Made by a program: the position numbers and the translations under genes | Shown: positions 33,645-45,312 of the stretch, in pieces | How the letters are laid out: each line of letters opens with the position of its first letter | How positions within the stretch are numbered: the first letter of the stretch is position 1 | Notes under the pieces: generated by a model | Databases searched by the model: none | What the model saw: the letters and a program-made list of their open reading frames with translations, nothing else | What the model was told of the DNA's origin: nothing | Assembly (NCBI GenBank): GCA_964187785.1 | Contig: OZ076409.1 | Location: 16,494,001 to 16,558,000, forward strand | Length of the DNA: 64,000 bases | Source: Amphiscolops sp. MND2022 | Lineage: Eukaryota | Direction: 5' to 3'

Positions 33645-33763
33645 GGCTACGACCATACCATGTTGAATGCACCGGTTCTCGTCCGATCACCGAAGTTAAA
33701 CAACATAGGGCCTGGTTAGTACTTGGATGGGAGACCGCTTGGGAACACCAGGTGTTGTAGCCT
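33645..33763 (+). rRNA. 5S rRNA
   Basis: Copy of 625-743. Confidence 0.98.
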
Positions 33764-34323
33764 TTTTTGTCAGAAATGTGGTTTAACTTCGGTGACAGTT
33801 TTGCAAAAGGGGTCAAATTGAAAAGATAGCAAAAAACGGACAACGCCATTAGAAAGAGCGTCCAAAAAAACCCCCCCATGCTGAAATTTTTGCCGCCATC
33901 ACTTGAATTTTCATTGAGTTATGTCATTTTTACTATTTTCACAAAATGTGGTTTAACTTCGGTGACAGTTTTGCAAAAGGGGTCAAAATGAACAGATAGC
34001 AAAAAACGGACAACGGCATTGGAAAGAGGGCCCAAAATTACCCCTAAAACGTGTTTTTCACACTCCTGAGTCGACTTTTGATAATACATGGAATTTCATT
34101 TTTAAGCTTACTAAATCATGCTTTTCAGCATACATTTTCGTAATAGAGTCAAAATTTTGCTTTCTCACAATTTTTCTGGAATATTTTTGTTTCATCAGAT
34201 GTCAATAACTTGAAACGTCGTCTTTTCATGAGAATTTCTCCTCAAAACAAGTTGTTGGCTGGTAATGGTAAGTCCGTACCGCAGATAGGAGTCTCGCGCT
34301 CCAAAAATTGACTCTTTGCTTTT

Positions 34324-34432
34324 AGCCTAATTGTTGTGATAAACTTATTAAATAGGTAAGTATTCCAACCCTATTGATAAGTTTTATTTGAAAGCAGACT
34401 GCGAAAGTGGTCTGCTGCCCAATTTTTTGAAC
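34324..34432 (+). ncRNA. Putative SL RNA gene
   Basis: Copy of 398-505. Confidence 0.85.
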
Positions 34433-34551
34433 AAGGAACAAGCTAGTCTGCACTAACTTAAAAGTTACGCGTATTTTGACCGAGAAAATTTTCGTATCAT
34501 TGTACGTAATTTTGTTGTTAAGCATATAAAGCTATTGATTTTACAATGATC

Positions 34552-34670
34552 GGCTACGACCATACCATGTTGAATGCACCGGTTCTCGTCCGATCACCGA
34601 AGTTAAACAACATAGGGCCTGGTTAGTACTTGGATGGGAGACCGCTTGGGAACACCAGGTGTTGTAGCCT
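34552..34670 (+). rRNA. 5S rRNA
   Basis: Copy of 625-743. Confidence 0.98.
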
Positions 34671-35228
34671 TTTTTGTCAGAAATGTGGTTTAACTTCGGT
34701 GACAGTTTTGCAAAAGGGGTCAAATTGAAAAGATAGCAAAAAACGGACAACGCCATTAGAAAGAGCGTCCAAAAAAACCCCCATGCTGAAATTTTCGCCG
34801 CCATCACTTGAATTTTCATTGAGTTATGTCATTTTTACTATTTTCACAAAATGTGGTTTAACTTCGGTGACAGTTTTGCAAAAGGGGTCAAAATGAACAG
34901 ATAGCAAAAAACGGACAACGGCATTGGAAAGAGGGCCCAAAATTACCCCTAAAACGTGTTTTTCACACTCCTGAGTCGACTTTTGATAATACATGGAATT
35001 TCATTTTTAAGCTTACTAATTTATGCTTTTCAGCATACATTTTCGTAATAGAGTCAAAATTTTGCTTTCTCACAATTTTTCTGGAATATTTTTGTTTCAT
35101 CAGATGTCAATAACTTGAAACGTCGTCTTTTCATGAGAATTTCTCCTCAAAACAAGTTGTTGGCTGGTAATGGTAAGTCCGTACCGCAGATAGGAGTCTC
35201 GCGCTCCAAAAATTGACTCTTTGCTTTT

Positions 35229-35266
35229 AGCCTAATTGTTGTGATAAACTTATTAAATAGGTAAGT
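35229..35266 (+). pseudogene. SL exon + donor of an SL gene interrupted by element C1 (remainder resumes at 40123)
   Basis: AGCCTAA...AATAG|GTAAGT followed by element sequence. Confidence 0.75.
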
Positions 35267-35670
35267 TTTCCAACCCAAGTCCTTTTAATAAGTTTGCTTG
35301 TACATCATTCGGTTAAGCAACCCATAGCTCTGTGCTATCATTCAAACTACCATTTTACAAACCCGTCGTGAAGCACCTAAGAAGCCATTCTTTCCTACGG
35401 GGGTCGCTGGCTAAGGTTTGATCTGCGTGGATATTTTTCCAACCGGCTCGTGTGTGGTCGCGTTAGTAGATCAAGCTGAGAAACCGAGACTGGTGCTTCC
35501 CAGCGTATTCGTGAGGTTGCGCTGAAGCTTTCTTGGCGGTCGGCTGGCAGGAGCCCTCAATAAACTGCCAGTTGTCCCAGCAGAGCTCTTCACAGCTGGC
35601 AGTGATAGATGCTCTGTTTCCCCCTAAAAACAAAACAACTCTTTCCCTTTTATTTCAACTGAACTGAAGA

Positions 35671-36867
35671 ATGGATTACGCAGCAGCAGCAGCAAAATCA
35701 AGCGAAACAACAGAAGACTACCTCCCCCCACTTCTGTTTGTACTTCCAATCACTAAAGAAGACTTCAACACTCCGAACGGAATTATTGACATCTTCGTTA
35801 AACTCTGTACGACACTCTTAGCAAAACTACCATGTGAGGCAAGAACGAAAACGGTCATCCAACGAGTAACATACGGGTTCAAGAAATTGAAGGCAGTCAA
35901 AGTAAACTTGCCAACTTCTTGTCAGAACGTTCAAAACGAAATGCTCGGCATGGGGCTAGAATGTGGGAACAAAACGGTATGGCCGGTGCGAGACGACCGA
36001 ACCTACAGATTCTACCCGTGCAATGTCAGCATCAAGATTCAAAATGCCCTGCCCAATCTGACCAACGAAGAAATCAAGAACGAACTGAAACTACCCGAAG
36101 GCATTACTGCGAACGACGACTTGAACTTCAAAACAGTCAGCATTGGGCCGTACATGAAAGTCTTTGATGGAACAGCGACAATCTCTGCCACTGTTCAATC
36201 TGCCGAGCAAATGGAAGAAATGAAAAACTGGTCGCGCAAATCTTTCTTTGAAGAAAAACAAGTTAGAAATCAAGTGACTCAGATGTATGCTCCTAACATC
36301 ATGACATGTACTTTCTGTGAAAAGAAAGGCTCCTTCTACAGAGGTCATGATGACACTTGGTGCACAAAGAAAACGAAAGAAGAACGCGAACTGGAAAAAA
36401 AAGCGAAGGCGATCGAAGACGAAGGCGACGTCTTCACAGCCGACGAACAAAGTGTACACAACGAACAAATCGCAAAAATTAGAAACGACAGCTGTGCATC
36501 AACATCAAGCAGAAATAATAAAAGACGACGCAGCACACCAAAGCGCGCCAACTCGGAAAAAAACCCACGACTCAGTGCGAGACAGCGAACCAGCCAAATA
36601 CCAAAGATGAAAGCAAAAGCTCAAAATGAGAACAAACCCGAACAGAAAGAAAGTACAAGTCAAACTGCAAACAACAACAGTGATAACAATGACGAGAATG
36701 AAGAACAAGATACCACAAGCACGAAGAACGCAGATACCGAAAACAGATTGCCGAAACCGCTGAACATGAGAGATTTTGTGGATGCAATGAATCCAATCCA
36801 TCACATAGAAACAAATGAAACAACAAACAACAACGTCAACGAAACAAACAATACGAAGACGAAATGA
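35671..36867 (+). CDS. Family C ORF1
   Basis: 398 aa; GNKTVWP and CTFC-x9-HDDTWC; stop overlaps the ORF2 start (ATGA). Confidence 0.88.
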   Translation: MDYAAAAAKSSETTEDYLPPLLFVLPITKEDFNTPNGIIDIFVKLCTTLLAKLPCEARTKTVIQRVTYGFKKLKAVKVNLPTSCQNVQNEMLGMGLECGNKTVWPVRDDRTYRFYPCNVSIKIQNALPNLTNEEIKNELKLPEGITANDDLNFKTVSIGPYMKVFDGTATISATVQSAEQMEEMKNWSRKSFFEEKQVRNQVTQMYAPNIMTCTFCEKKGSFYRGHDDTWCTKKTKEERELEKKAKAIEDEGDVFTADEQSVHNEQIAKIRNDSCASTSSRNNKRRRSTPKRANSEKNPRLSARQRTSQIPKMKAKAQNENKPEQKESTSQTANNNSDNNDENEEQDTTSTKNADTENRLPKPLNMRDFVDAMNPIHHIETNETTNNNVNETNNTKTK

Positions 36868-39800
36868 CGACGCCCAACATTGTTAGTTTCAATTGTAGGG
36901 GTCTTGGCAATCCCTTGAAACTCACAAGCCTAATTGCAAACACTGACATCAACAATGACGTCATTGCAATTCAAGAAACTAAAATGAAAAAACTAAAGAA
37001 AAAACATTTGAAAATACTCGAGTCCTACGACCTGAATTACGTAATCAGCCCATGCGACAAATCAAAAGCGGGCGGCCTGCTGCTTTTGTTCAAAGCAAAA
37101 CATAACGTAGAGTTGGTTACCCAAAACAAGTCTTTTCAAATTATAAAGATGTCAAACCAAGCCATTGAAACAAAGATGGCCAATGTTTACATATGCCCCA
37201 GCTGGAGTATAAGCAAAATCAATGAAGAACTTGAAGACCTGAAACTCAACTTGGAATCAAAGCATCTCAGGCATATTGAACCATGTGTAATAGTTGGTGA
37301 CTTGAATTGTTTCGATGACGTCACAAGAAACAAACATCCTCAATATGCAAAACACAAAGTTATACTGAAAGCGTTTGAAAAAATGGGCTTGATGGACATG
37401 GCAGTGAAGCTTGAGAATATCGAGAACACACACTTCGCGCCAGCCCAAAAACCATCGCGCCTGGATTATATCTTCTCAAATGTTGTGAGTCAGAAACAAG
37501 AAATCAGAACGATCAAGACATGCTTCTCAGATCACCGAATTTTGCGCCTGTCAAGCAAGCATAAGGCCGAGCAAGGTCAAAAGATCTTTAGAATGGATGA
37601 CACAACTGTTGATGAAAACGTCAAAACCCTGAAAACGCTGATTTCACAAACAAATGGCTTGACCGGTGAACAGCTAGCGAATGATGCGTATCTCACAATG
37701 AAAAATGAAATTTCCAACTTTCTAAGACAGGCTAGCATATGGAGAGCAAGAAATAACAAAGACAGACTGCTCAAAGGGCCCGACGCAGAAGCTGAGCAGA
37801 ATCTTGCAAAAAGAATGCTAGCAGCAGTGAAGGTCAAATGCACTGACCTGAATGAAGGAAACTTGAAGATTGTTAAAAAGTACTGCTCTGACAATGCAAA
37901 CAACCAAAGCAACGCGATCAAGAAGCTGAAAACACAGAAAGATCGAATTATCTCAAGTGAGAATGAGATCATAGATGAAGTTACAAAGTACTACAGTAAG
38001 CTCTACGCCAACGAAACAATTGATGAGAAGAAACAAGAGTGCCTCATCACAAACTTCAAAAAACAGATCTCTGAAGATGAAAGAGAACGTCTAACTCAGC
38101 AAATCACCCTAGACGAAATCAAAAATGCGATTGACAATCTGAACAAAGAAAGCGCGCCAGGCCCAGATGGACTCACCCCAAAACTGTTTCAAACGTTCAA
38201 GGAAGAATTCAGTCTTATGTTTCAAAAGATGTTTGAACATGCTGCAGACGGTAACAACTTACCAATGGCATTCAACCAAGCCTTCATTAGACTACTTCCG
38301 AAAAGTGGTGATCTGACAACATTGAAGAACTGGAGACCAATAAGCCTGATCAACACTGACAGCAAGATTTTTTCAGCAGTAATTGCAAACCGAATGAAAA
38401 GTAGCCTCCGCGAAATCATCCACCCAGATCAATGCGCATATTTGAAAGGCAGACAAATGTCAAACGCCACACTGCTACTAAAATCTCTGTGCACAAACAA
38501 AAGAATGAAAAAAACTTTGACACTAGCTGGACTCGACTTCAGCAAAGCCTTCGACAGGGTAGATCGTTCGTACTTGCTGAAACTTATAAAACATGTGGGA
38601 TTCCCTCCCAACATATACAACATGATAGAGCAACTGTACAAAGATACACGATCTAACGTTCTAGTCAACTCCTTCATCACAAGACGAATACAGCAAGAAA
38701 GAGGAGTGAAACAAGGCTGCCCAGTCTCAGCTCTTTTGTTCATCCTAGCTATTGAGCCATTGCTTGAACTACTGAGATCGTCATCGAGCCTGACTGGAAT
38801 CGCAAAAGGAAAATTGAAGAAAAAAATCATTGCATATGCTGATGACGTCACAATGTTAGTTGAGAATGAAGAACAACTGAAGCAAGCAATTCAAACGGTT
38901 GAAGACTTTGGCAAAAGCACCCAATTCGCCTTGAACGCTGACAAAACGGAACAGTTTGACCTGAACCGAAGAAATGTAGATCAAAAGATCAAACTCCTCG
39001 GTTTGTATTTGTTCAGCAACCAAAAATGTGAAAAGCAGCACTACCAGCAACAACTGATCCAAGAAAGCGAAAGAGCAAAGAAAGTGTGTAGACCATCAAT
39101 GTCGATGAAAACTAAAAGTTGCGTCATGAAAGCCTTCGTAATGCCAAAAATAGTGTTTCATGCGAAAGCCTCAAACTGTGATCGAGCAACTTGGAAAAAA
39201 GTTCAACGAAACCTAAAACAAGGACTTCACAACAATAGGAGCAATCAGATTTCAGAACGCCTTCTTTTCCAAAGCACCAATGAAGGCGGTGTTGGCTTCC
39301 CATGCGTGAAGACCTATGCAAGCACTTCTTTTCTGATGGATGTGTGGAGAGCAGTGTTCCACAATGACGATCACTTTATTGCACTCGAAATCAAAGAAGC
39401 AGTAGAAGACGAGAAAAGTTACGTTCACAGCAAACTGAAACAAATGAAAACGATAACGAAAGCGCGAGCGATAACTTTCAAGCGAGAACACATAGAGTTT
39501 GTGACAAGTGAAGGACCAACAAAAATGCCTGCTACTTCAAAAGCAATATACGCCTTTGCAATCCGCCGACAGCATGCAGACTTCGTAGATGAAAGAATCA
39601 TGAAAGCGGGATCAAAACTTCAAACAGCACCCCAACAACTTCTGTACACACTCAAAGCAATTTGGAGAAGCAACAAACTGAACCCTGTTCAACGAGACGT
39701 CTTCTATAATTTCAGTTTCAATCTTTACCGAGACAAAGTATTCCTCCATGCAGCTGGCTACAAGTCTGATGATGACTGTTTCCTTTGCGGAGCAAGTAAA

Positions 39801-40031
39801 CAAACACATGAGCATCTGATCCTAGATTGTCAAAAAACAAAGCAGATTGCTGAAACCCTTGGAATTCGCAGCATGAAAGATCTGTACCAGCAGGCAGAAC
39901 AAGACACATGGAAAAAAGTGAGATTCGTAACAACTCTGCTCATATGTTCATGGACCGACAACAAGAAAGAAGTGGAACAAATGATTCACAACTTTCCCAT
40001 CACTACCAAGCAAGTTGGCACAGTGGCTTAG
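36864..40031 (+). CDS. Family C ORF2: APE endonuclease + RT + CCHC
   Basis: FNCRGL, IQETK, GDLN, SRLDY, SDH; APGPDG, WRPISLINTDSKI, DFSKAFDRV, GVKQGCP, YADD; CFLC-x8-H-x4-C. Confidence 0.97.
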   Translation: MTTPNIVSFNCRGLGNPLKLTSLIANTDINNDVIAIQETKMKKLKKKHLKILESYDLNYVISPCDKSKAGGLLLLFKAKHNVELVTQNKSFQIIKMSNQAIETKMANVYICPSWSISKINEELEDLKLNLESKHLRHIEPCVIVGDLNCFDDVTRNKHPQYAKHKVILKAFEKMGLMDMAVKLENIENTHFAPAQKPSRLDYIFSNVVSQKQEIRTIKTCFSDHRILRLSSKHKAEQGQKIFRMDDTTVDENVKTLKTLISQTNGLTGEQLANDAYLTMKNEISNFLRQASIWRARNNKDRLLKGPDAEAEQNLAKRMLAAVKVKCTDLNEGNLKIVKKYCSDNANNQSNAIKKLKTQKDRIISSENEIIDEVTKYYSKLYANETIDEKKQECLITNFKKQISEDERERLTQQITLDEIKNAIDNLNKESAPGPDGLTPKLFQTFKEEFSLMFQKMFEHAADGNNLPMAFNQAFIRLLPKSGDLTTLKNWRPISLINTDSKIFSAVIANRMKSSLREIIHPDQCAYLKGRQMSNATLLLKSLCTNKRMKKTLTLAGLDFSKAFDRVDRSYLLKLIKHVGFPPNIYNMIEQLYKDTRSNVLVNSFITRRIQQERGVKQGCPVSALLFILAIEPLLELLRSSSSLTGIAKGKLKKKIIAYADDVTMLVENEEQLKQAIQTVEDFGKSTQFALNADKTEQFDLNRRNVDQKIKLLGLYLFSNQKCEKQHYQQQLIQESERAKKVCRPSMSMKTKSCVMKAFVMPKIVFHAKASNCDRATWKKVQRNLKQGLHNNRSNQISERLLFQSTNEGGVGFPCVKTYASTSFLMDVWRAVFHNDDHFIALEIKEAVEDEKSYVHSKLKQMKTITKARAITFKREHIEFVTSEGPTKMPATSKAIYAFAIRRQHADFVDERIMKAGSKLQTAPQQLLYTLKAIWRSNKLNPVQRDVFYNFSFNLYRDKVFLHAAGYKSDDDCFLCGASKQTHEHLILDCQKTKQIAETLGIRSMKDLYQQAEQDTWKKVRFVTTLLICSWTDNKKEVEQMIHNFPITTKQVGTVA

Positions 40032-40320
40032 CCAAAGACCATGAGTCAAACAAACGAGGTTCGAACCTCTGACGGAACCAAGACACAAACATGAAAAAAA
40101 CTCTTTTACCTTATTGTTTGAAAGGTAAGTATTCCAACCCTATTGATAAGTTTTATTTGAAAGCAGACTGCGAAAGTGGTCTGCTGCCCAATTTTTTGAA
40201 CAAGGAACAAGCTAGTCTGCACTAACTTAAAAGTTACGCGTATTTTGACCGAGAAAATTTTCGTATCATTGTACGTAATTTTGTTGTTAAGCATATAAAG
40301 CTATTGATTTTACAATGATC

Positions 40321-40439
40321 GGCTACGACCATACCATGTTGAATGCACCGGTTCTCGTCCGATCACCGAAGTTAAACAACATAGGGCCTGGTTAGTACTT
40401 GGATGGGAGACCGCTTGGGAACACCAGGTGTTGTAGCCT
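40321..40439 (+). rRNA. 5S rRNA
   Basis: Copy of 625-743. Confidence 0.98.
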
Positions 40440-40997
40440 TTTTTGTCAGAAATGTGGTTTAACTTCGGTGACAGTTTTGCAAAAGGGGTCAAATTGAAAA
40501 GATAGCAAAAAACGGACAACGCCATTAGAAAGAGCGTCCAAAAAAACCCCCATGCTGAAATTTTCGCCGCCATCACTTGAATTTTCATTGAGTTATGTCA
40601 TTTTTACTATTTTCACAAAATGTGGTTTAACTTCGGTGACAGTTTTGCAAAAGGGGTCAAAATGAACAGATAGCAAAAAACGGACAACGGCATTGGAAAG
40701 AGGGCCCAAAATTACCCCTAAAACGTGTTTTTCACACTCCTGAGTCGACTTTTGATAATACATGGAATTTCATTTTTAAGCTTACTAATTTATGCTTTTC
40801 AGCATACATTTTCGTAATAGAGTCAAAATTTTGCTTTCTCACAATTTTTCTGGAATATTTTTGTTTCATCAGATGTCAATAACTTGAAACGTCGTCTTTT
40901 CATGAGAATTTCTCCTCAAAACAAGTTGTTGGCTGGTAATGGTAAGTCCGTACCGCAGATAGGAGTCTCGCGCTCCAAAAATTGACTCTTTGCTTTT

Positions 40998-41106
40998 AGC
41001 CTAATTGTTGTGATAAACTTATTAAATAGGTAAGTATTCCAACCCTATTGATAAGTTTTATTTGAAAGCAGACTGCGAAAGTGGTCTGCTGCCCAATTTT
41101 TCGAAC
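40998..41106 (+). ncRNA. Putative SL RNA gene (Sm variant)
   Basis: Copy of 398-505. Confidence 0.8.
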
Positions 41107-41225
41107 AAGGAACAAGCTAGTCTGCACTAACTTAAAAGTTACGCGTATTTTGACCGAGAAAATTTTCGTATCATTGTACGTAATTTTGTTGTTAAGCATA
41201 TAAAGCTATTGATTTTACAATGATC

Positions 41226-41344
41226 GGCTACGACCATACCATGTTGAATGCACCGGTTCTCGTCCGATCACCGAAGTTAAACAACATAGGGCCTGGTTAG
41301 TACTTGGATGGGAGACCGCTTGGGAACACCAGGTGTTGTAGCCT
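41226..41344 (+). rRNA. 5S rRNA
   Basis: Copy of 625-743. Confidence 0.98.
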
Positions 41345-41902
41345 TTTTTGTCAGAAATGTGGTTTAACTTCGGTGACAGTTTTGCAAAAGGGGTCAAATT
41401 GAAAAGATAGCAAAAAACGGACAACGCCATTAGAAAGAGCGTCCAAAAAAACCCCCATGCTGAAATTTTCGCCGCCATCACTTGAATTTTCATTGAGTTA
41501 TGTCATTTTTACTATTTTCACAAAATGTGGTTTAACTTCGGTGACAGTTTTGCAAAAGGGGTCAAAATGAACAGATAGCAAAAAACGGACAACGGCATTG
41601 GAAAGAGGGCCCAAAATTACCCCTAAAACGTGTTTTTCACACTCCTGAGTCGACTTTTGATAATACATGGAATTTCATTTTTAAGCTTACTAATTTATGC
41701 TTTTCAGCATACATTTTCGTAATAGAGTCAAAATTTTGCTTTCTCACAATTTTTCTGGAATATTTTTGTTTCATCAGATGTCAATAACTTGAAACGTCGT
41801 CTTTTCATGAGAATTTCTCCTCAAAACAAGTTGTTGGCTGGTAATGGTAAGTCCGTACCGCAGATAGGAGTCTCGCGCTCCAAAAATTGACTCTTTGCTT
41901 TT

Positions 41903-42011
41903 AGCCTAATTGTTGTGATAAACTTATTAAATAGGTAAGTATTCCAACCCTATTGATAAGTTTTATTTGAAAGCAGACTGCGAAAGTGGTCTGCTGCCCA
42001 ATTTTTTGAAC
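41903..42011 (+). ncRNA. Putative SL RNA gene
   Basis: Copy of 398-505. Confidence 0.85.
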
Positions 42012-42130
42012 AAGGAACAAGCTAGTCTGCACTAACTTAAAAGTTACGCGTATTTTGACCGAGAAAATTTTCGTATCATTGTACGTATTTTTGTTGTTAA
42101 GCATATAAAGCTATTGATTTTACAATGATC

Positions 42131-42249
42131 GGCTACGACCATACCATGTTGAATGCACCGGTTCTCGTCCGATCACCGAAGTTAAACAACATAGGGCCTG
42201 GTTAGTACTTGGATGGGAGACCGCTTGGGAACACCAGGTGTTGTAGCCT
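42131..42249 (+). rRNA. 5S rRNA
   Basis: Copy of 625-743. Confidence 0.98.
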
Positions 42250-42807
42250 TTTTTGTCAGAAATGTGGTTTAACTTCGGTGACAGTTTTGCAAAAGGGGTC
42301 AAATTGAAAAGATAGCAAAAAACGGACAACGCCATTAGAAAGAGCGTCCAAAAAAACCCCCATGCTGAAATTTTCGCCGCCATCACTTGAATTTTCATTG
42401 AGTTATGTCATTTTTACTATTTTCACAAAATGTGGTTTAACTTCGGTGACAGTTTTGCAAAAGGGGTCAAAATGAACAGATAGCAAAAAACGGACAACGG
42501 CATTGGAAAGAGGGCCCAAAATTACCCCTAAAACGTGTTTTTCACACTCCTGAGTCGACTTTTGATAATACATGGAATTTCATTTTTAAGCTTACTAATT
42601 TATGCTTTTCAGCATACATTTTCGTAATAGAGTCAAAATTTTGCTTTCTCACAATTTTTCTGGAATATTTTTGTTTCATCAGATGTCAATAACTTGAAAC
42701 GTCGTCTTTTCATGAGAATTTCTCCTCAAAACAAGTTGTTGGCTGGTAATGGTAAGTCCGTACCGCAGATAGGAGTCTCGCGCTCCAAAAATTGACTCTT
42801 TGCTTTT

Positions 42808-42916
42808 AGCCTAATTGTTGTGATAAACTTATTAAATAGGTAAGTATTCCAACCCTATTGATAAGTTTTATTTGAAAGCAGACTGCGAAAGTGGTCTGCT
42901 GCCCAATTTTTCGAAC
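42808..42916 (+). ncRNA. Putative SL RNA gene (Sm variant)
   Basis: Copy of 398-505. Confidence 0.8.
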
Positions 42917-43035
42917 AAGGAACAAGCTAGTCTGCACTAACTTAAAAGTTACGCGTATTTTGACCGAGAAAATTTTCGTATCATTGTACGTAATTTTGTT
43001 GTTAAGCATATAAAGCTATTGATTTTACAATGATC

Positions 43036-43154
43036 GGCTACGACCATACCATGTTGAATGCACCGGTTCTCGTCCGATCACCGAAGTTAAACAACATAGG
43101 GCCTGGTTAGTACTTGGATGGGAGACCGCTTGGGAACACCAGGTGTTGTAGCCT
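43036..43154 (+). rRNA. 5S rRNA
   Basis: Copy of 625-743. Confidence 0.98.
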
Positions 43155-43712
43155 TTTTTGTCAGAAATGTGGTTTAACTTCGGTGACAGTTTTGCAAAAG
43201 GAGTCAAATTGAAAAGATAGCAAAAAACGGACAACGCCATTAGAAAGAGCGTCCAAAAAAACCCCCATGCTGAAATTTTCGCCGCCATCACTTGAATTTT
43301 CATTGAGTTATGTCATTTTTACTATTTTCACAAAATGTGGTTTAACTTCGGTGACAGTTTTGCAAAAGGTGTCAAAATGAACAGATAGCAAAAAACGGAC
43401 AACGGCATTGGAAAGAGGGCCCAAAATTACCCCTAAAACGTGTTTTTCACACTCCTGAGTCGACTTTTGATAATACATGGAATTTCATTTTTAAGCTTAC
43501 TAATTTATGCTTTTCAGCATACATTTTCGTAATAGAGTCAAAATTTTGCTTTCTCACAATTTTTCTGGAATATTTTTGTTTCATCAGATGTCAATAACTT
43601 GAAACGTCGTCTTTTCATGAGAATTTCTCCTCAAAACAAGTTGTTGGCTGGTAATGGTAAGTCCGTACCGCAGATAGGAGTCTCGCGCTCCAAAAATTGA
43701 CTCTTTGCTTTT

Positions 43713-43754
43713 AGCCTAATTGTTGTGATAAACTTATTAAATAGGTAAGTATTC
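43713..43754 (+). pseudogene. SL exon + donor of an SL gene interrupted by element C2 (resumes at 48567)
   Basis: SL 5' part followed by element sequence. Confidence 0.75.
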
Positions 43755-44118
43755 ATTCGGTTATGCAACCCATAGCTCTGTGCTATCATTCAAACTACCA
43801 TTTTACAAACCCGTCGTGAAGCACCTAAGAAGCCATTCTTTCCTACGGGGGTCGCTGGCTAAGGTTTGATCTGCGTGGATATTTTTCCAACCGGCTCGTG
43901 TGTGGTCGCGTTAGTAGATCAAGCTGAGAAACCGAGACTGGTGCTTCCCAGCGTATTCGTGAGGTTGCGCTGAAGCTTTCTTGGCGGTCGGCTGGCAGGA
44001 GCCCTCAATAAACTGCCAGTTGTCCCAGCAGAGCTCTTCACAGCTGGCAGTGATAGATGCTCTGTTTCCCCCTAAAAACAAAACAACTCTTTCCCTTTTA
44101 TTTCAACTGAACTGAAGA

Positions 44119-45312
44119 ATGGATTACGCAGCAGCAGCAAAATCAAGCGAAACAACTAAAGACTACCTCCCCCCACTTCTGTTTGTACTTCCAATCACTA
44201 AAGAAGATTTCAACACGCCGAACGGAATTACTGACATCTTCGTTAAACTCTGTACGACACTCTTAGCAAAACTACCATGTGAGGCTAGAACGAAAACGGT
44301 CATCCAACGAGTATTATACGGATTCAAGAAATTGAAGGCAGTCAAAGTAAACTTGCCAACTTCATGTCAAAACGTACAAAACGAAATGCTCGGCATGGGG
44401 CTAGAATGTGGGAACAAAACGGTATGGCCGGTGCGAGACGACCGAACCTACAGATTCTACCCGTGCAATGTCAGCATCAAGATTCAAAATGCCCTGCCCA
44501 ATCTGACTAACGAAGAAATCAAGAACGAACTGAAACTACCCGAAGGCATTACTGCGAACGACGACTTGAACTTCAAAACAGTCAGCATTGGGCCGTACAT
44601 GAAAGTCTTTGATGGAACAGCGACAATCTCTGCCACTGTTCAATCTGCCGAGCAAATGGAAGAAATGAAAAACTGGTCGCGCAAATCTTTCTTTGAAGAA
44701 AAACAAGTTAGAAATCAAGTGACTCAGATGTATGCTCCTAACATCATGACATGTACTTTCTGTGAAAAGAAAGGCTCCTTCTACAGAGGTCATGATGACA
44801 CTTGGTGCACAAAGAAAACGAAAGAAGAACGCGAACTGGAAAAAAAAGCGAAGGCGATCGAAGACGAAGGCGACGTCTTCACAGCCGACGAACAAAGTGT
44901 ACACAACGAACAAATCGCAAAAATCAGAAACGACAGCTGTGCATCAACATCAAGCAGAAATAATAAAAGACGACGCAGCACACCAAAGCGCGCCAACTCG
45001 GAAAAAAACCCACGACTCAGTGCGAGACAGCGAACCAGCCAAATACCAAAGATGAAAGCAAAAGCTCAAAATGAGAACAAACCCGAACAGAAAGAAAGTA
45101 CAAGTCAAACTGCAAACAACAACAGTGATAACAATGACGAGAATGAAGAACAAGATACCACAAGCACGAAGAACGCAGATACCGAAAACAGATTGCCGAA
45201 ACCGCTGAACATGAGAGATTTTGTGGATGCAATGAATCCAATCCATCACATAGAAACAAATGAAACAACAAACAACAACGTCAACGAAACAAACAATACG
45301 AAGACGAAATGA
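44119..45312 (+). CDS. Family C ORF1 (copy 2)
   Basis: 397 aa, nearly identical to 35671-36867. Confidence 0.88.
   Translation: MDYAAAAKSSETTKDYLPPLLFVLPITKEDFNTPNGITDIFVKLCTTLLAKLPCEARTKTVIQRVLYGFKKLKAVKVNLPTSCQNVQNEMLGMGLECGNKTVWPVRDDRTYRFYPCNVSIKIQNALPNLTNEEIKNELKLPEGITANDDLNFKTVSIGPYMKVFDGTATISATVQSAEQMEEMKNWSRKSFFEEKQVRNQVTQMYAPNIMTCTFCEKKGSFYRGHDDTWCTKKTKEERELEKKAKAIEDEGDVFTADEQSVHNEQIAKIRNDSCASTSSRNNKRRRSTPKRANSEKNPRLSARQRTSQIPKMKAKAQNENKPEQKESTSQTANNNSDNNDENEEQDTTSTKNADTENRLPKPLNMRDFVDAMNPIHHIETNETTNNNVNETNNTKTK

Larger units (their letters stand above)
35267..40122 (+). mobile_element. Non-LTR retrotransposon family C copy 1 (L1/Tx1-like), intact ORFs, SL site 2
   Basis: TSD AGGTAAGT exact (35259-35266/40123-40130), or 18 bp with one mismatch (then the element starts at 35277); ends TTACCTTATTGTTTGAA. 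Confidence 0.95.

Noticed and set aside
8860..35267. LINEs A, B and C1 each follow nine 5S units (possible higher-order period)
   Set aside because: The first interval contains a gap and the window edge, later intervals are 4, 7 and 4 units, and the elements belong to different families. Likely coincidence.
35718..39933. Numerous short alternate-frame and antisense ORFs inside the LINEs
   Set aside because: They are shadow ORFs of A-rich coding sequence with no recognisable motifs.
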